Source of the DNA: Alphaproteobacteria bacterium
GTDB taxonomy: Bacteria; Pseudomonadota; Alphaproteobacteria; JBFXJJ01
Length of the DNA: 64,000 nucleotides
Assembly (NCBI GenBank): GCA_050175015.1
Contig: JBFXJJ010000003.1
Span: forward strand, 96,001 to 160,000
Direction of reading: 5' to 3'
The notes under the pieces were generated by a model. That model was not told the origin of the DNA. It did not search any database and saw only the letters and a list, made by a program, of their open reading frames with translations. The position numbers and the translations under genes are program-made. Below are positions 18,261-28,227 of this stretch, piece after piece. The stretch's first letter is position 1. Each line of letters starts with the position of its first letter.

Positions 18261-18878
18261 TCAGGGGACAATTGCATTTATTTCTGGTGAAACAACCTCA
18301 GGAACGATGGCCTTATCGTTATCAGTATTAACATTGGCTTCTGGTGATATAGCTTCTGTAACAACTGGGGCGCCTTCATTAATATTAGTGTCGATTTTTG
18401 CTGGTACAGCTTCTGTAACAATGGGGGCGCCTTCATTGATATCTATTTCTGGCGGAACCGCGCCATTAACAATGGTTCCTCCTTCACTGACAATCGAAGA
18501 GTTCTTTCTTTTTTCCGCTTTTTTCCTTCTTTCTTCAGCTTTTGCTTGTTGTTCTTTTGCTTTTTCTTCTTCTAGGCGTTTGTTTTTCTCTAACTGTTTA
18601 ATATAAGCGGGTTTGTTTTTTTCTAACTTTATTTTCTCTTTTTCAGGATTTATTTCTGAGGTTTTCTCATTGTTATTATAAGTATTTGTATTCGAGAAAT
18701 TTCTTATTTCTGTTGGCTGATACTTAGGATATACATTAGGAACAAATGGAACAAAATTATAAGGAATAAGTTCATCGTTTGTGCAGGTTGGACAGGAGAA
18801 TTCCTGACAGCCATTTAATGCTAAACTAGCAGTTACAATCATTGTTGATAATAAAAATTTTGATGACAGCTTTTTCAT
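18261..18878 (-). CDS. Hypothetical lipoprotein with 19-aa tandem repeats
   Basis: Lipobox LALNG-C, charged coiled coil, INEGAP(I/V)VTEA repeats. Confidence 0.7.
   Translation of the reverse strand: MKKLSSKFLLSTMIVTASLALNGCQEFSCPTCTNDELIPYNFVPFVPNVYPKYQPTEIRNFSNTNTYNNNEKTSEINPEKEKIKLEKNKPAYIKQLEKNKRLEEEKAKEQQAKAEERRKKAEKRKNSSIVSEGGTIVNGAVPPEIDINEGAPIVTEAVPAKIDTNINEGAPVVTEAISPEANVNTDNDKAIVPEVVSPEINAIVP
18351..18441. repeat. 57-bp period direct repeat inside the lipoprotein gene
   Basis: AGCTTCTGTAACAA..GGGGCGCCTTCATT.ATAT at 18351 and 18408. Confidence 0.8.
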
Positions 18879-18949
18879 TATAATAAGTCCTAAGTAGTTA
18901 CTAATAAGGTAGTATTATCTTATAAATAATTTAATAAAAGTTTTACAAA

Positions 18950-18987
18950 ATAAAAAGGGCAAGTTTTTTTAACTACGCCCTTTTTAT
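18950..18987 (-). terminator. Intrinsic terminator of the encapsulin operon
   Basis: ATAAAAAGGGC...GCCCTTTTTAT inverted repeat 20 nt past the stop. Confidence 0.7.
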
Positions 18988-19006
18988 GAAGAATAATCAA
19001 AAAAGT

Positions 19007-19789
19007 TTATTTAAAGATAACGACAGCATCAGGTGTTGTAACTTTAAATGTTAGGCTTTCCTCTAGGTATAAGTTCACATATTTATCATCGTGAGAAGTA
19101 TAACCGATAGAGATATCCTGACCTGAAACAAATTCAAAATCACCCCCTCTTTTGCTTAAGAGAAAAGCGCCATCTAAAAAAGGAGCCTTAATGATATTGT
19201 CCACTAATTTAGAAATATGCTCTACGATAGGTCTTCCGTTTTTATGAGTTGCAGTCATAAGGTGATTAAATTCTTTTGAACCTAGAACTAAAGCAAAAGG
19301 ACCAGAGATGGCTTTTTCATTTAGTTTTGATATGGCACCTGCCACGGTTTCTGGATATTTTTCATCGGATTCTAACTTTACGGAAAGCGAGGCATCACTT
19401 AAAATACCTTTTATTTTAGCGCTGGTTAAACCGCTATAAACAATATTTTCTTCAGCTTTTGCGATTTTGTGTGCGGCATCAATAACGGTATCTAAAGCAG
19501 GAACACCCCCTCTTTCAATAAGTTCTAAGTCTTTTCTTGATACTTTAAAAGGAACCGATAGTTCAATTAAAGGTAAAACTTGGCGTTGTTTAACGGAAAC
19601 TTCTGCTTCTTTTGCCAAATCTTTAACTTCTCCAGTTTCTACAGAAGATTTTTCCCAACCTAAAGGTCCTGTGAAATCAGCAACTTTTCTGCCTGACAGT
19701 TTTAGAGACAAGGCATTTTTGGCTTCATTAGAAATAGCTTCCCACGCTTTACTTGTAATAGGAGCAAGCTCTTTATTAAATTTATTCAT
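19007..19789 (-). CDS. Family 1 encapsulin shell protein (Linocin M18)
   Basis: MNKFNKELAPITSKAW...LSGRKVADFTGPLGW...GGDFEFVSGQDISIGY...LYLEESLTF; start moved to ATG 19789 (GAGG RBS). Confidence 0.95.
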   Translation of the reverse strand: MNKFNKELAPITSKAWEAISNEAKNALSLKLSGRKVADFTGPLGWEKSSVETGEVKDLAKEAEVSVKQRQVLPLIELSVPFKVSRKDLELIERGGVPALDTVIDAAHKIAKAEENIVYSGLTSAKIKGILSDASLSVKLESDEKYPETVAGAISKLNEKAISGPFALVLGSKEFNHLMTATHKNGRPIVEHISKLVDNIIKAPFLDGAFLLSKRGGDFEFVSGQDISIGYTSHDDKYVNLYLEESLTFKVTTPDAVVIFK

Positions 19790-19811
19790 TAAATTAACCT
19801 CGTAAAAATTG

Positions 19812-20162
19812 TTAAAGTTTTCCAAGACCTAAGCTGCTGTTTTCATCAGATACTTGTTCTTCGCTAGTTGCAACAGCTTCGTGATGAATAATAGAACCAG
19901 TCTTAAATAGATAAGATTTAAGTTCATTCCCAAAGCCCTCATCGTTACGTCTTAGCCATTCAACTAACATAGCGGCGTGTTCTTTTTCTTCATCACGGTT
20001 ATGTTCTAACAGTGCTTTAAGTTCAGGGTCAGATGCGACATCTGCTCTTTGGTTATACCAATCAACAGCTTCCAATTCTTCCATAAGAGAATTGATGGCT
20101 CTATGAACGTCTAAGGTCTTAGTGCTAAGCTTAGAGCGTTCTTCATGAATTTCTCCCGACAT
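19812..20162 (-). CDS. Encapsulin-associated ferritin-like protein (EncFtn) with cargo-loading peptide
   Basis: HRAINSLMEELEAVDWYNQR...HNRDEEKEHAAMLVEWLRR ferroxidase motif; C-terminal SLGLGKL resembling the LGIGSL targeting peptide. Confidence 0.95.
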   Translation of the reverse strand: MSGEIHEERSKLSTKTLDVHRAINSLMEELEAVDWYNQRADVASDPELKALLEHNRDEEKEHAAMLVEWLRRNDEGFGNELKSYLFKTGSIIHHEAVATSEEQVSDENSSLGLGKL

Positions 20163-20183
20163 TTTATCTCCTTTGAGTTTTTA

Positions 20184-20594
20184 TCATGGATATATGAATT
20201 CTATACTAACTTTAATATCAGAATGCAGGCTGTGTTTAACAGGGCAAACATTTGCAATAGCTTCTAGTTTTGCTTTTTCTGCTTCAGCATATTTGTTGTG
20301 AGGCATATACACTTTGACTGCAAATGATTTTATTCGGTTGCCAGCATTCTCCATTTCTTTATGAATTTCAGTTCTAGCACCTTTGAAATCAATGTCACTG
20401 CGAGAAGCAGCTATGCCCATAACTGTAAGAATACAAGAACCAAGAGCTGCACCGACTAAGGTTGTTGGGTCAGTGTTTTCTCCTTTACCTCCAATACTTG
20501 GGGGGGCATCAGTATTAAATTCAGTTTTGACACCTTCGAATTCGGCTTTGCATCTTAAATCACCTTCATATGTTACGATAGTGGTTGAAGCCAT
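20184..20594 (-). CDS. OsmC-family protein
   Basis: TDAP..GGKG...PT.LV.AALGSC and CPVKHSLH two-Cys motifs; start moved to ATG 20594 (GGAG RBS). Confidence 0.88.
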   Translation of the reverse strand: MASTTIVTYEGDLRCKAEFEGVKTEFNTDAPPSIGGKGENTDPTTLVGAALGSCILTVMGIAASRSDIDFKGARTEIHKEMENAGNRIKSFAVKVYMPHNKYAEAEKAKLEAIANVCPVKHSLHSDIKVSIEFIYP

Positions 20595-20810
20595 TCTTGT
20601 AATCTCCATTATAATTGTTAAAAATTAAATATAGTTATGATTTTAAGATATTTCAAGCGTTCAGCATAAGCAAATATAAAAATATAAAACGAATACTTAT
20701 ATACCAAAGTATTATAGAAAATAGACCAACTGCTTAATGGTAATTTTTATAAAAATTAATTTATAATTAAAAATATAAAATTTTAACTTTTAATTTGTTG
20801 TAAGCAAAAA

Positions 20811-21878
20811 ATGAAAACATTAAATATTGACGATTATGAAAAGTATAAAATTCTATCTGAAGCAATAGGTAAAGGTGTACTGTTTACTGATGCTGAAAGT
20901 CTTATCTATGATCACAACTCCTATTTTTTAAATTTTTTTAATATGGGCGAGGAGGATTCTTTAAAAGGTAAGAACTTTTTCGAATTTTTGGATTCGAAGG
21001 ACAGAACAGAAATTATAAAAAAGCTTTCTAAAATAGAGTTTAATTCGCCATATAGTTTTTTTATTACACGTTTAAACAACAAGAATATAAATCTTCTTGA
21101 AATTGAAGTCATAAAATTGTTTTTTGAGAATACGGCTCATATGATTTTTTTAGTTTCTGAGTGTATTGATACCAAAAAACTCAATCCATATAAGGTCAAA
21201 AGTCTATCAGAATTCGAAAAGTCAAATGTTCTTTATGCTATGGAAATAGCCTCTAGTTATCTTGCTAATATTTATAAAAGAATCTCGTCTCCTATAGATA
21301 AGATAAGGAATTATTGTAATCTTTTAGAAAAAGAGATGAATATTTATGGCTTGTCAAAATTTTCTAAAGATTTAAAGAGTATTAACAATTTTACCAAAGA
21401 GTTAAACATTATTTTAAATGATTTAACAATATCGCCGCTTGCTATTTTATCTCAGGAAGAGGGATATTTGGAAAATGTTGATTTAGGATTATTAATTGAG
21501 GAAACGGCGACAGTTGTCAATATCATTGCCAAAAGAAAGAATGTGACTCTGGTGGTTTTGTATCAACCAGATATTGGTAATATATATACAAACAAGCTTT
21601 GTCTTTTTTATTGCTTGATCAACATATTAGATAATATTTTTTATTATAACGAAAATAGTTATATTTCTTTATCGGTCTTAAGAAAAAATGTTAAAAACAT
21701 CGAGAATATTTCTTTTGAAATTAATATATCATCATCTAAGAGCGACAAAGTTTTGCTTGATAGCAAAAATATACTTTTTGCTAAAGAGTGTATGCAAAAA
21801 CTTAAAGGTACAATTACGGAAAAAAATACATCTGATAGTGAAAAGGTAATAGTTCTACAAATCCCTGTTTTTAATTAG
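20811..21878 (+). CDS. PAS-domain protein with degenerate histidine-kinase fold (probable pseudokinase)
   Basis: PAS-like N-terminus; YLANIYKRISSPIDKI aligns to FLANMSHELRTPLNAI without the His; N-box remnant LINILDN; no G-boxes. Confidence 0.6.
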   Translation: MKTLNIDDYEKYKILSEAIGKGVLFTDAESLIYDHNSYFLNFFNMGEEDSLKGKNFFEFLDSKDRTEIIKKLSKIEFNSPYSFFITRLNNKNINLLEIEVIKLFFENTAHMIFLVSECIDTKKLNPYKVKSLSEFEKSNVLYAMEIASSYLANIYKRISSPIDKIRNYCNLLEKEMNIYGLSKFSKDLKSINNFTKELNIILNDLTISPLAILSQEEGYLENVDLGLLIEETATVVNIIAKRKNVTLVVLYQPDIGNIYTNKLCLFYCLINILDNIFYYNENSYISLSVLRKNVKNIENISFEINISSSKSDKVLLDSKNILFAKECMQKLKGTITEKNTSDSEKVIVLQIPVFN

Positions 21879-21895
21879 CAATAAATTATAATAGT

Positions 21896-22345
21896 TTATC
21901 GTTCTTTTTCTCGCCATCTTCCATTTGCTTCTTGTTGCCAATAATGCAAATCACAGTCATTTTTTTTGGCATCAGACCAAGCTGTTCGAGCTTTGTTGAG
22001 GCTGTTTTCATCTTTACCGTTGAAGAGATAGAGACCGCGTTTAAAGTCAGAGAAATTAGGTAAACTCATGCCGTCAAGAATCATAATTATTGATGAAGCA
22101 TTGGGGTTTTCATACTCGTCAGTTATCCATATAGGCTGGCGTTGGGCATCTCCTGTTTTATAGCAGCCATGAGGCAGCCAAGCATCAGGATTAAACGTCC
22201 AGAGCAAACTATCAAAAAAGTTAGTTTGCTCTTTTGATGACGTTAAAATTACCATATTCTCATTGCTTTCTATCACTTTTGAAGCCAGTTCTGGCAAAGC
22301 ATCAGAAATGTCTTTGGCGGTTAGATGATAAAAATCAATCCTCAT
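21896..22345 (-). CDS. holC: DNA polymerase III subunit chi
   Basis: IDFYHLT...LLWTFNPDAWLPHG...QPIWIT...ARTAW...YWQQ. Confidence 0.92.
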   Translation of the reverse strand: MRIDFYHLTAKDISDALPELASKVIESNENMVILTSSKEQTNFFDSLLWTFNPDAWLPHGCYKTGDAQRQPIWITDEYENPNASSIIMILDGMSLPNFSDFKRGLYLFNGKDENSLNKARTAWSDAKKNDCDLHYWQQEANGRWREKER

Positions 22346-22375
22346 TTGGATACCAAAATCCTTAATTAAATAATA

Positions 22376-23830
22376 TTATTGCAGTTTTACCGCAACGAAA
22401 CGCATACCATCTTTGCTGTCGATTAAGAGTAAAACAGAGGTACGGTTAGCTTTTTTTACGGTTTCAAGCTCTTTAGCAATATCTTCAGCAGAATTTACCT
22501 TGTTTTGATTAACCTCAACAATAACATCACCTCTCATCAAGCCTTTCATCATAGCATCACTGTCATCATCAATGGACGAGATAACAACGCCTTGAGCGGC
22601 TTCGGGCAGGTCATATTTATTTATCGTTTCTGGAGTTACGGTTTCAACCGTCATACTCAATTCAGGGAGCTTTTTGCCGTTATCGGTGTTTATATCATCA
22701 GAGCTGATTTGATTTTCATCAATTTGATTTTCAGACTCATCTTCAGGCATTTCTCCAACTTCAATTTTAAGGCTTATTTCTTTACCCGCGCGCATAACTT
22801 TGATGTCAGCCTGAGTTCCAACTGCTGTTTCAGCAACAATACGAGGAAGAACTCTCATTTCATCAATAGTCTTGCCGTTGAACTCAGTAATAATATCCCC
22901 AACTTTAAGTCCCGTTTTTTGTGCTGGTCCATCAGTATTAACTGCGGCAACTAATGCTCCCATAGCTTTGCTCATACCAATGCTTTCAGCAATATCATCG
23001 GATACGGTTTGGATTGTAACTCCTATCCAGCCCCTAGTTATATGTCCATTGGTTTTCAGATTATTGACAACCCATTTTACGATGTTTGAAGGAATAGCAA
23101 AACCTATGCCGACACTGCCGCCTGATGGCGAAAAAATAGCGGTATTAATTCCAACGACTTCTCCGTTTATATTAAACATTGGACCACCAGAATTGCCCCG
23201 ATTTATGGAAGCATCTGTTTGGAGATAATCATCATAGGGACCAGTTTGAATATCTCTGCCTCGGGCTGAGATTATGCCTGCGGTTACAGTGTTACCAAGA
23301 CCAAAGGGATTGCCAATAGCCAGAATCCAGTCGCCGATTCTCATCGCATCGGAATCGCCAAAAACCACAGGGTGCAGTTTCTTATCGGTTTTAATTTTTA
23401 AAAGGGCAATATCTGTTTTTTTATCACGAGCAAGAAGTTCGGCATCAACAGAGGTTTTGTCATCAAAAATAACAGAGATTTTTTCAGCTTTTTCAACAAC
23501 GTGATAATTAGTTAAAATCAATCCCGATTCATCTATTACAAAACCTGACCCTAAAGAAGTTACTTTGCCGCCTTTAGGCATACCTGGCGCGCCTTTTTCA
23601 AAAAAATCTTTAAAAAATTCTTCTAAAGGTGAATTAGGGAATAAGCTTTGAAGATCAAGTTGTTGTTGAGCTGGTGCCGTTACTTTTTGAGACGTTGATA
23701 TATTTACAACCGAAGGAATTAGTTTTTCAGCTAAATCCGCAAAGCTGTCAGGAGTTGCCGCCTGAGTTCTGAAAGAAAAACACAAGCTGGAAACTACTAA
23801 TATTACAAAAGTAAAAACGTTTTTTTTCAT
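22376..23830 (-). CDS. Do/DegP-DegQ family periplasmic serine protease with two PDZ domains
   Basis: SLGSGFVI, TNYHVV, TDIALLK, QTDASINRGNSGGP; follows hflKC-DUF2065. Confidence 0.95.
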   Translation of the reverse strand: MKKNVFTFVILVVSSLCFSFRTQAATPDSFADLAEKLIPSVVNISTSQKVTAPAQQQLDLQSLFPNSPLEEFFKDFFEKGAPGMPKGGKVTSLGSGFVIDESGLILTNYHVVEKAEKISVIFDDKTSVDAELLARDKKTDIALLKIKTDKKLHPVVFGDSDAMRIGDWILAIGNPFGLGNTVTAGIISARGRDIQTGPYDDYLQTDASINRGNSGGPMFNINGEVVGINTAIFSPSGGSVGIGFAIPSNIVKWVVNNLKTNGHITRGWIGVTIQTVSDDIAESIGMSKAMGALVAAVNTDGPAQKTGLKVGDIITEFNGKTIDEMRVLPRIVAETAVGTQADIKVMRAGKEISLKIEVGEMPEDESENQIDENQISSDDINTDNGKKLPELSMTVETVTPETINKYDLPEAAQGVVISSIDDDSDAMMKGLMRGDVIVEVNQNKVNSAEDIAKELETVKKANRTSVLLLIDSKDGMRFVAVKLQ

Positions 23831-23844
23831 TTTTGAGTATTCCT

Positions 23845-24027
23845 TTATTTAACCGCCCATAATAATGCTATACCTATAGATGTAATAATAAAACCTACGG
23901 TTTTCAAGTGTTTATCAGGCAAGTCAATCATTTGGCGCATCATATCTTTCGCCAGCTTTGGAAAAGCTGCATAAGGCAGCCCTTCTATAATCAAAACCAA
24001 AGCCAGAGCCTTTAACAAATCAGACAT
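23845..24027 (-). CDS. DUF2065 (YjeT) small membrane protein
   Basis: ALALVLIIEGLPYAAFP motif; conserved position after hflC. Confidence 0.85.
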   Translation of the reverse strand: MSDLLKALALVLIIEGLPYAAFPKLAKDMMRQMIDLPDKHLKTVGFIITSIGIALLWAVK

Positions 24028-24028
24028 T

Positions 24029-24901
24029 TTACTTCATCTTTGGTAAGCTTTTGAAGTATTCAAAGAATTCCGAATCAGGAGAAAGAACCATAGACGTTCC
24101 GTCTTTTTTTAAAGCGTTTCTATAGGCTTCTAAAGAACGGTAAAAATCATAAAAACTTTCATCTTGTTTGGCAGCTTTTGCCCAAATATCAATCGCTTTT
24201 TGATCGCCCTCGCCTCGGGTTAGCTGTGCTTGCTCTTGAGCTTTTGAAAGAATCATAACCTTTTCTTTTTCAGCTTTAGCAACAATTTCTTGAGCTAGTT
24301 CCTGTCCTTTTGCTCTAAACTCTTTAGCTTCTCTCTCTCTTTCAGAATTCATACGTTTGTAAATAGCTTGAGAGATTTGTTCAGGAAAGTCAGCACGTTT
24401 AATTCTTACTTTTGCCACTTCAACTCCGAAAGAGGCAGCATAATTTGCCACTATTTTACTGATGTCGTCCATAATTTTAGCACGGTCTTCAGAAAGCAGG
24501 TTGCTTAAAAGCACATTGCCTAAAACCTCTCTTATTGAAGAATTAATAATATCTCCAAGTCTTGATATGGCTGAACGTTCGGTGGCAACAGATTGATAAA
24601 AGAGTAGAGGATCTACAATTTTAAAGCGGGTAAAACTGTCAACTTTTAATCTTTTTTGATCGGCAAGGATAACTTCCTCGACGGGAGGGTCTAGTTCTAA
24701 AAGACGATTATCATAGATTACAATATCTTGAATAAAAGGTAATTTGAACGTAAGCCCTGGTTCTTTGATGATTCTTTTGGGTTCACCAAATTGCAAAATA
24801 AGGGCTTGTTCGGTTTGGTTTAAAATAAAAGCCGAATTATAAACCAGAAGACCACCAACAAAAGCAAAGACAGCAGCTAGAAAACCAAGTTGTTTTTTCA
24901 T
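24029..24901 (-). CDS. hflC: FtsH protease modulator HflC
   Basis: SPFH domain, RMNSERERE, FYDFYRSLEAY, VLSPDSEFF. Confidence 0.95.
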   Translation of the reverse strand: MKKQLGFLAAVFAFVGGLLVYNSAFILNQTEQALILQFGEPKRIIKEPGLTFKLPFIQDIVIYDNRLLELDPPVEEVILADQKRLKVDSFTRFKIVDPLLFYQSVATERSAISRLGDIINSSIREVLGNVLLSNLLSEDRAKIMDDISKIVANYAASFGVEVAKVRIKRADFPEQISQAIYKRMNSEREREAKEFRAKGQELAQEIVAKAEKEKVMILSKAQEQAQLTRGEGDQKAIDIWAKAAKQDESFYDFYRSLEAYRNALKKDGTSMVLSPDSEFFEYFKSLPKMK

Positions 24902-26052
24902 TAGTTTTTCCCCTCTTTTTGTGTTTTTAGAACGTCTAGTGGCAAATAGGGAATAACGCCATTGCCATTTTTAGGCGTATCAATGATAACTTTATTAGAA
25001 TTTTGCAGAATTTGTTCCATAGTTTCTAAAAACATTCTTTTTGCCGTAACATTTTTAGCTTTAACATAGCCATCATAAACAAGTTTAAAACGACCAGCAT
25101 CACCAGAAGCACGGTTAACGACTTCGGCAGCATAGGCTTCAGCATCTTGGATTTTTTTAATAGCTTCACCTCTAGCCCTTGGGATAATATCGTTGCGATA
25201 GCCTTCTGCTTCATTGCGTGAGCGCTCTTGGTCAGCTTTTGCTCGCTGAACTTCGTTAAAAGCATCGACAACGAGTTGAGGAGGATCCGTTTTCAACAAA
25301 TTGATTCTTTTAATTAAAATGCCTGAGCCAAATTCATCAAGCACAGCTTGCAGTGTTTTTAAGGTTTTTTCCTCAATATCACGACGACCTTCGGTTAAGA
25401 CTTTTTGGATTGGCATTTGACCAATAACCTCACGCATAGCGCTTTCAGCTGCGATGGTAACTGTTCCAACAGGGTCTCTAACGTTAAATAAATAATCTGG
25501 AGCATTATTAACAACCCAAATAACAGTGTAGTTGATGTCTACAATATTCTCATCACCTGTAACCATTAAACTTTCTTGAGAAACTTCTTCTGAACTATCA
25601 CTTTTGGTGTTTCTTCTAATAAAAGAAGGTGAAGATGAACGAAACCCAATCTCTATGCGGTTTTCTCTCATAACATTAGGTGTAAAAGCTCTTTCAACAG
25701 GGTAGGGCAAATGATAATGAAGCCCTGGAGTTGTGGAATAGGCATATTTACCAAATCTTAGAACAACGCCTTGCTCTTCTGGCTGGACTTGATAAAAACC
25801 AGAAATACCCCATAATAATAAGGCGATAGCAAGAAAAATTAATAAAAAACCATTGTTATTATATTTAGTTTTTCTTTTTCTTTTTTTATTTCTTGGAAAC
25901 AGCTGTTTTATTTTTGTTTGCCCGCCTTTAAGAATATCTTCTAAATCAGGGGGAATACTGCTGTTGCCGCCACCTTGATTGCCGTTGTTGCTGGATCCCC
26001 AAGGACTATTGTTTTTTCCCCAAGGATTTTTTCCATCGTTATCGGAAGACAT
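24901..26052 (-). CDS. hflK: FtsH protease modulator HflK
   Basis: NPWG..PPDLED N-terminus, GVVLRFG, MVTGDENIVD, IIPRARGEA, RMFLETME. Confidence 0.95.
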   Translation of the reverse strand: MSSDNDGKNPWGKNNSPWGSSNNGNQGGGNSSIPPDLEDILKGGQTKIKQLFPRNKKRKRKTKYNNNGFLLIFLAIALLLWGISGFYQVQPEEQGVVLRFGKYAYSTTPGLHYHLPYPVERAFTPNVMRENRIEIGFRSSSPSFIRRNTKSDSSEEVSQESLMVTGDENIVDINYTVIWVVNNAPDYLFNVRDPVGTVTIAAESAMREVIGQMPIQKVLTEGRRDIEEKTLKTLQAVLDEFGSGILIKRINLLKTDPPQLVVDAFNEVQRAKADQERSRNEAEGYRNDIIPRARGEAIKKIQDAEAYAAEVVNRASGDAGRFKLVYDGYVKAKNVTAKRMFLETMEQILQNSNKVIIDTPKNGNGVIPYLPLDVLKTQKEGKN

Positions 26053-26080
26053 ATCGGCTTCTCCTTACACTTATTAAAGA

Positions 26081-27019
26081 TTATAAATCAATTTTTAAAA
26101 TTTGAGCGAGTTCGCTCCATTCACCTTTAGACATACCAAAATCTTCTCTTGAGACCTTTTCGCCTTTAAGCAAAGTTCTAACCACGGTTAATCCTTTTTT
26201 GGAAAGGTGAACCCCTCCCATACGGTATTGAAGGAAAGCATCATATGTTATTGGAGTCCAACGGCGCATAATGTTGAGCATTTTGCCAGCATATTTTCTA
26301 ATTTCTGTCTGAGCGTGTTTGTCAGCTCGAAGTGATAAGAAATGCATATAATTGTGGAGATCTGTTTTCCAATACCACTGGGTATAAGAACTCAAAGGAA
26401 GATTAATACGGGCAAGTTCTCTTGATAGACCATCTCTTTCAGGGTCAATTTTGTTGCCGCACTCATCAAGGTTAAGCAGTTCCTCATAGCTATCAAAGCT
26501 TCTAGCTGCATCTGTTTTTAAGATTTCTAATACTTTTGCAGCCTCTTCTTGGGATAGATTCTCGCCTTTGCCCTGTTTGTTAGTTGTTGATTGAATGGCT
26601 AAATCTTCCATATTGGGAATGTAAAATTCTTTATCTAAGATAGAATATCTTGCGGAATATTCATTAACGCTTGCCGTTCTGTGTCTTATCCATTGCCTTG
26701 CAACGAATATCGGGAGTTTTACGTGAAGCTTAATTTCACACATTTCGAAAGGAGTCGTGTGGCGATGTCTCATCAAATAGTTAATTAAAGACTTATCTTC
26801 AAGGACTTTTTTCGTTCCTCGGCCATATGATACTCTAGCGGATTGGACAATGGCAGAATCATCACCCATATAGTCAATGACTCTTACAAAACCGTGGTCT
26901 AAAACAGGAATCGGTTGATATATAATTTCCTCTAAAGCTGTAACAGTAGACCTTTTTGTGGTGTGAGTAACAGAGATTAAACGTTCAAGCTCTGCCTTTT
27001 GTTCAGGGGTAAGACGCAT
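26081..27019 (-). CDS. thyX: Flavin-dependent thymidylate synthase
   Basis: [35 protein letters not shown]. Confidence 0.97.
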   Translation of the reverse strand: MRLTPEQKAELERLISVTHTTKRSTVTALEEIIYQPIPVLDHGFVRVIDYMGDDSAIVQSARVSYGRGTKKVLEDKSLINYLMRHRHTTPFEMCEIKLHVKLPIFVARQWIRHRTASVNEYSARYSILDKEFYIPNMEDLAIQSTTNKQGKGENLSQEEAAKVLEILKTDAARSFDSYEELLNLDECGNKIDPERDGLSRELARINLPLSSYTQWYWKTDLHNYMHFLSLRADKHAQTEIRKYAGKMLNIMRRWTPITYDAFLQYRMGGVHLSKKGLTVVRTLLKGEKVSREDFGMSKGEWSELAQILKIDL

Positions 27020-27191
27020 AAAAAACTCCCAAAAATTAAATTAAAATCTCTAATGTTTTGCCATATTGGGCTGCTATAGGCAACAAGTTATTAGGCATAA
27101 AAAACAAATAAAGTTAAAAAAAAGTGTAAAATAATTTATCAACTATTGGCTTTTTTTTCAAATAGAACATATAATATCACTGCCGTTTTTG

Positions 27192-27481
27192 CGGCTATGA
27201 CGCTAAACCTCTTACGGAATAAGCGTAGTGGACTCGGGGGCGGTACCCGACGCCTCCACCATAATCTATCTTATGGGGGCGAAATAGGATCGACACGCGT
27301 AGTAAAGGTCTGAGTTGTGTTCGGCATTGTACCACCGTTATCGGGCTAATTTTGATGAGTGCCAATGATAATTGCGCTCCAGTTGCAGTTGCTGCTTAAT
27401 AGTAGCATAGCGACAATTTAAATTCCTATGTGGTGAGACATATAGGTGGGGTTTGGGACACCTAGCAACAGAAGTCCCACT
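27192..27481 (+). ncRNA. ssrA: Two-piece (circularly permuted) tmRNA; ends approximate
   Basis: Acceptor piece ends GACTCGGGGGCGGTACCCGACGCCTCCACCA (CCA 27259-27261); short intervening segment; coding piece starts GGGGGCGAAATAGGATCGAC (27275); tag ANDNCAPVAVAA* at 27361-27399; GCAACAGAA 3' motif. Confidence 0.95.
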
Positions 27482-27518
27482 TTTGATAAACTTAAATTTA
27501 AAGAAAGAATACGTCGGA

Positions 27519-28007
27519 ATGACCCAGCAAGCTTTTGATATGATTGATTATGATAATTTAGTCGAAAATTCTTTGAGATATGTTATAAAACAAGCTTTAG
27601 GCATTGTTGAAAACAATGGCCTTCCTGGAGATCACCATTTTTATATTACCTTTCTGACTAGATTCGAAGGGGTTGAGATTCCAGAAACGCTTTTGAAAAT
27701 ATATCCTAAGGAAATGACAATTGTCATTCAGCATCAATTTTATGACCTTAAAGTTAATAACGATTCTTTTTCTGTTACATTAAGTTTTAATAACCTGCCT
27801 CATAATTTGACTATTCCTTATGATGCTGTGACATATTTTGCTGATCCTCATGCAAAATTTGGTTTGAGATTTAATACAGAATATGAAGATGAAGAAAAAA
27901 ACGATTCTGACGACTTAAAAGACAGCGATATTTCTGCTCCTGAAGCGGAAACTGAAGAAGATGATTCTGCCAAAGTTGTTGCTTTGGACGCTTTTCGTAA
28001 AAAATGA
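27519..28007 (+). CDS. sspB: ClpXP adaptor SspB (alphaproteobacterial type)
   Basis: GLPGDHHFYITFLT, YPKEMTIVIQHQF, C-terminal VVALDAFRKK; start moved to ATG 27519 because the longer ORF overlaps ssrA. Confidence 0.93.
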   Translation: MTQQAFDMIDYDNLVENSLRYVIKQALGIVENNGLPGDHHFYITFLTRFEGVEIPETLLKIYPKEMTIVIQHQFYDLKVNNDSFSVTLSFNNLPHNLTIPYDAVTYFADPHAKFGLRFNTEYEDEEKNDSDDLKDSDISAPEAETEEDDSAKVVALDAFRKK

Positions 28008-28219
28008 TAAAAAAACATTCAATAGTGATAGCAGGACATCAAACTAGTATTTCCATAGAAGATGAGTTTTGGGAGTTGTTTTGTCAAATAGTAAAAGACA
28101 AAGGAATTCCAATGGCTATGCAGCTGGAAGCTATTGATGATGTTAGAGAGACAAATCTTTCTAGCGCAATTAGATTGTTCGTTTTGCAGGATTTAAAAAA
28201 TAAATTAAATATCTTTTAG
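28004..28219 (+). CDS. Ribbon-helix-helix domain protein
   Basis: KHSIVIAGHQTSISIEDEFW...NLSSAIRLFVL. Confidence 0.88.
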   Translation: MIKKHSIVIAGHQTSISIEDEFWELFCQIVKDKGIPMAMQLEAIDDVRETNLSSAIRLFVLQDLKNKLNIF

Positions 28220-28227
28220 ATAAAAAA

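Noticed and set aside
19790-19825. N-terminal extension of encapsulin overlapping EncFtn (possible fusion or readthrough)
   Set aside because: EncFtn has a clean stop after its targeting peptide and an RBS precedes ATG 19789
27453-27518. N-terminal extension of SspB in the ORF track
   Set aside because: Overlaps the tmRNA 3' end; homology starts near ATG 27519
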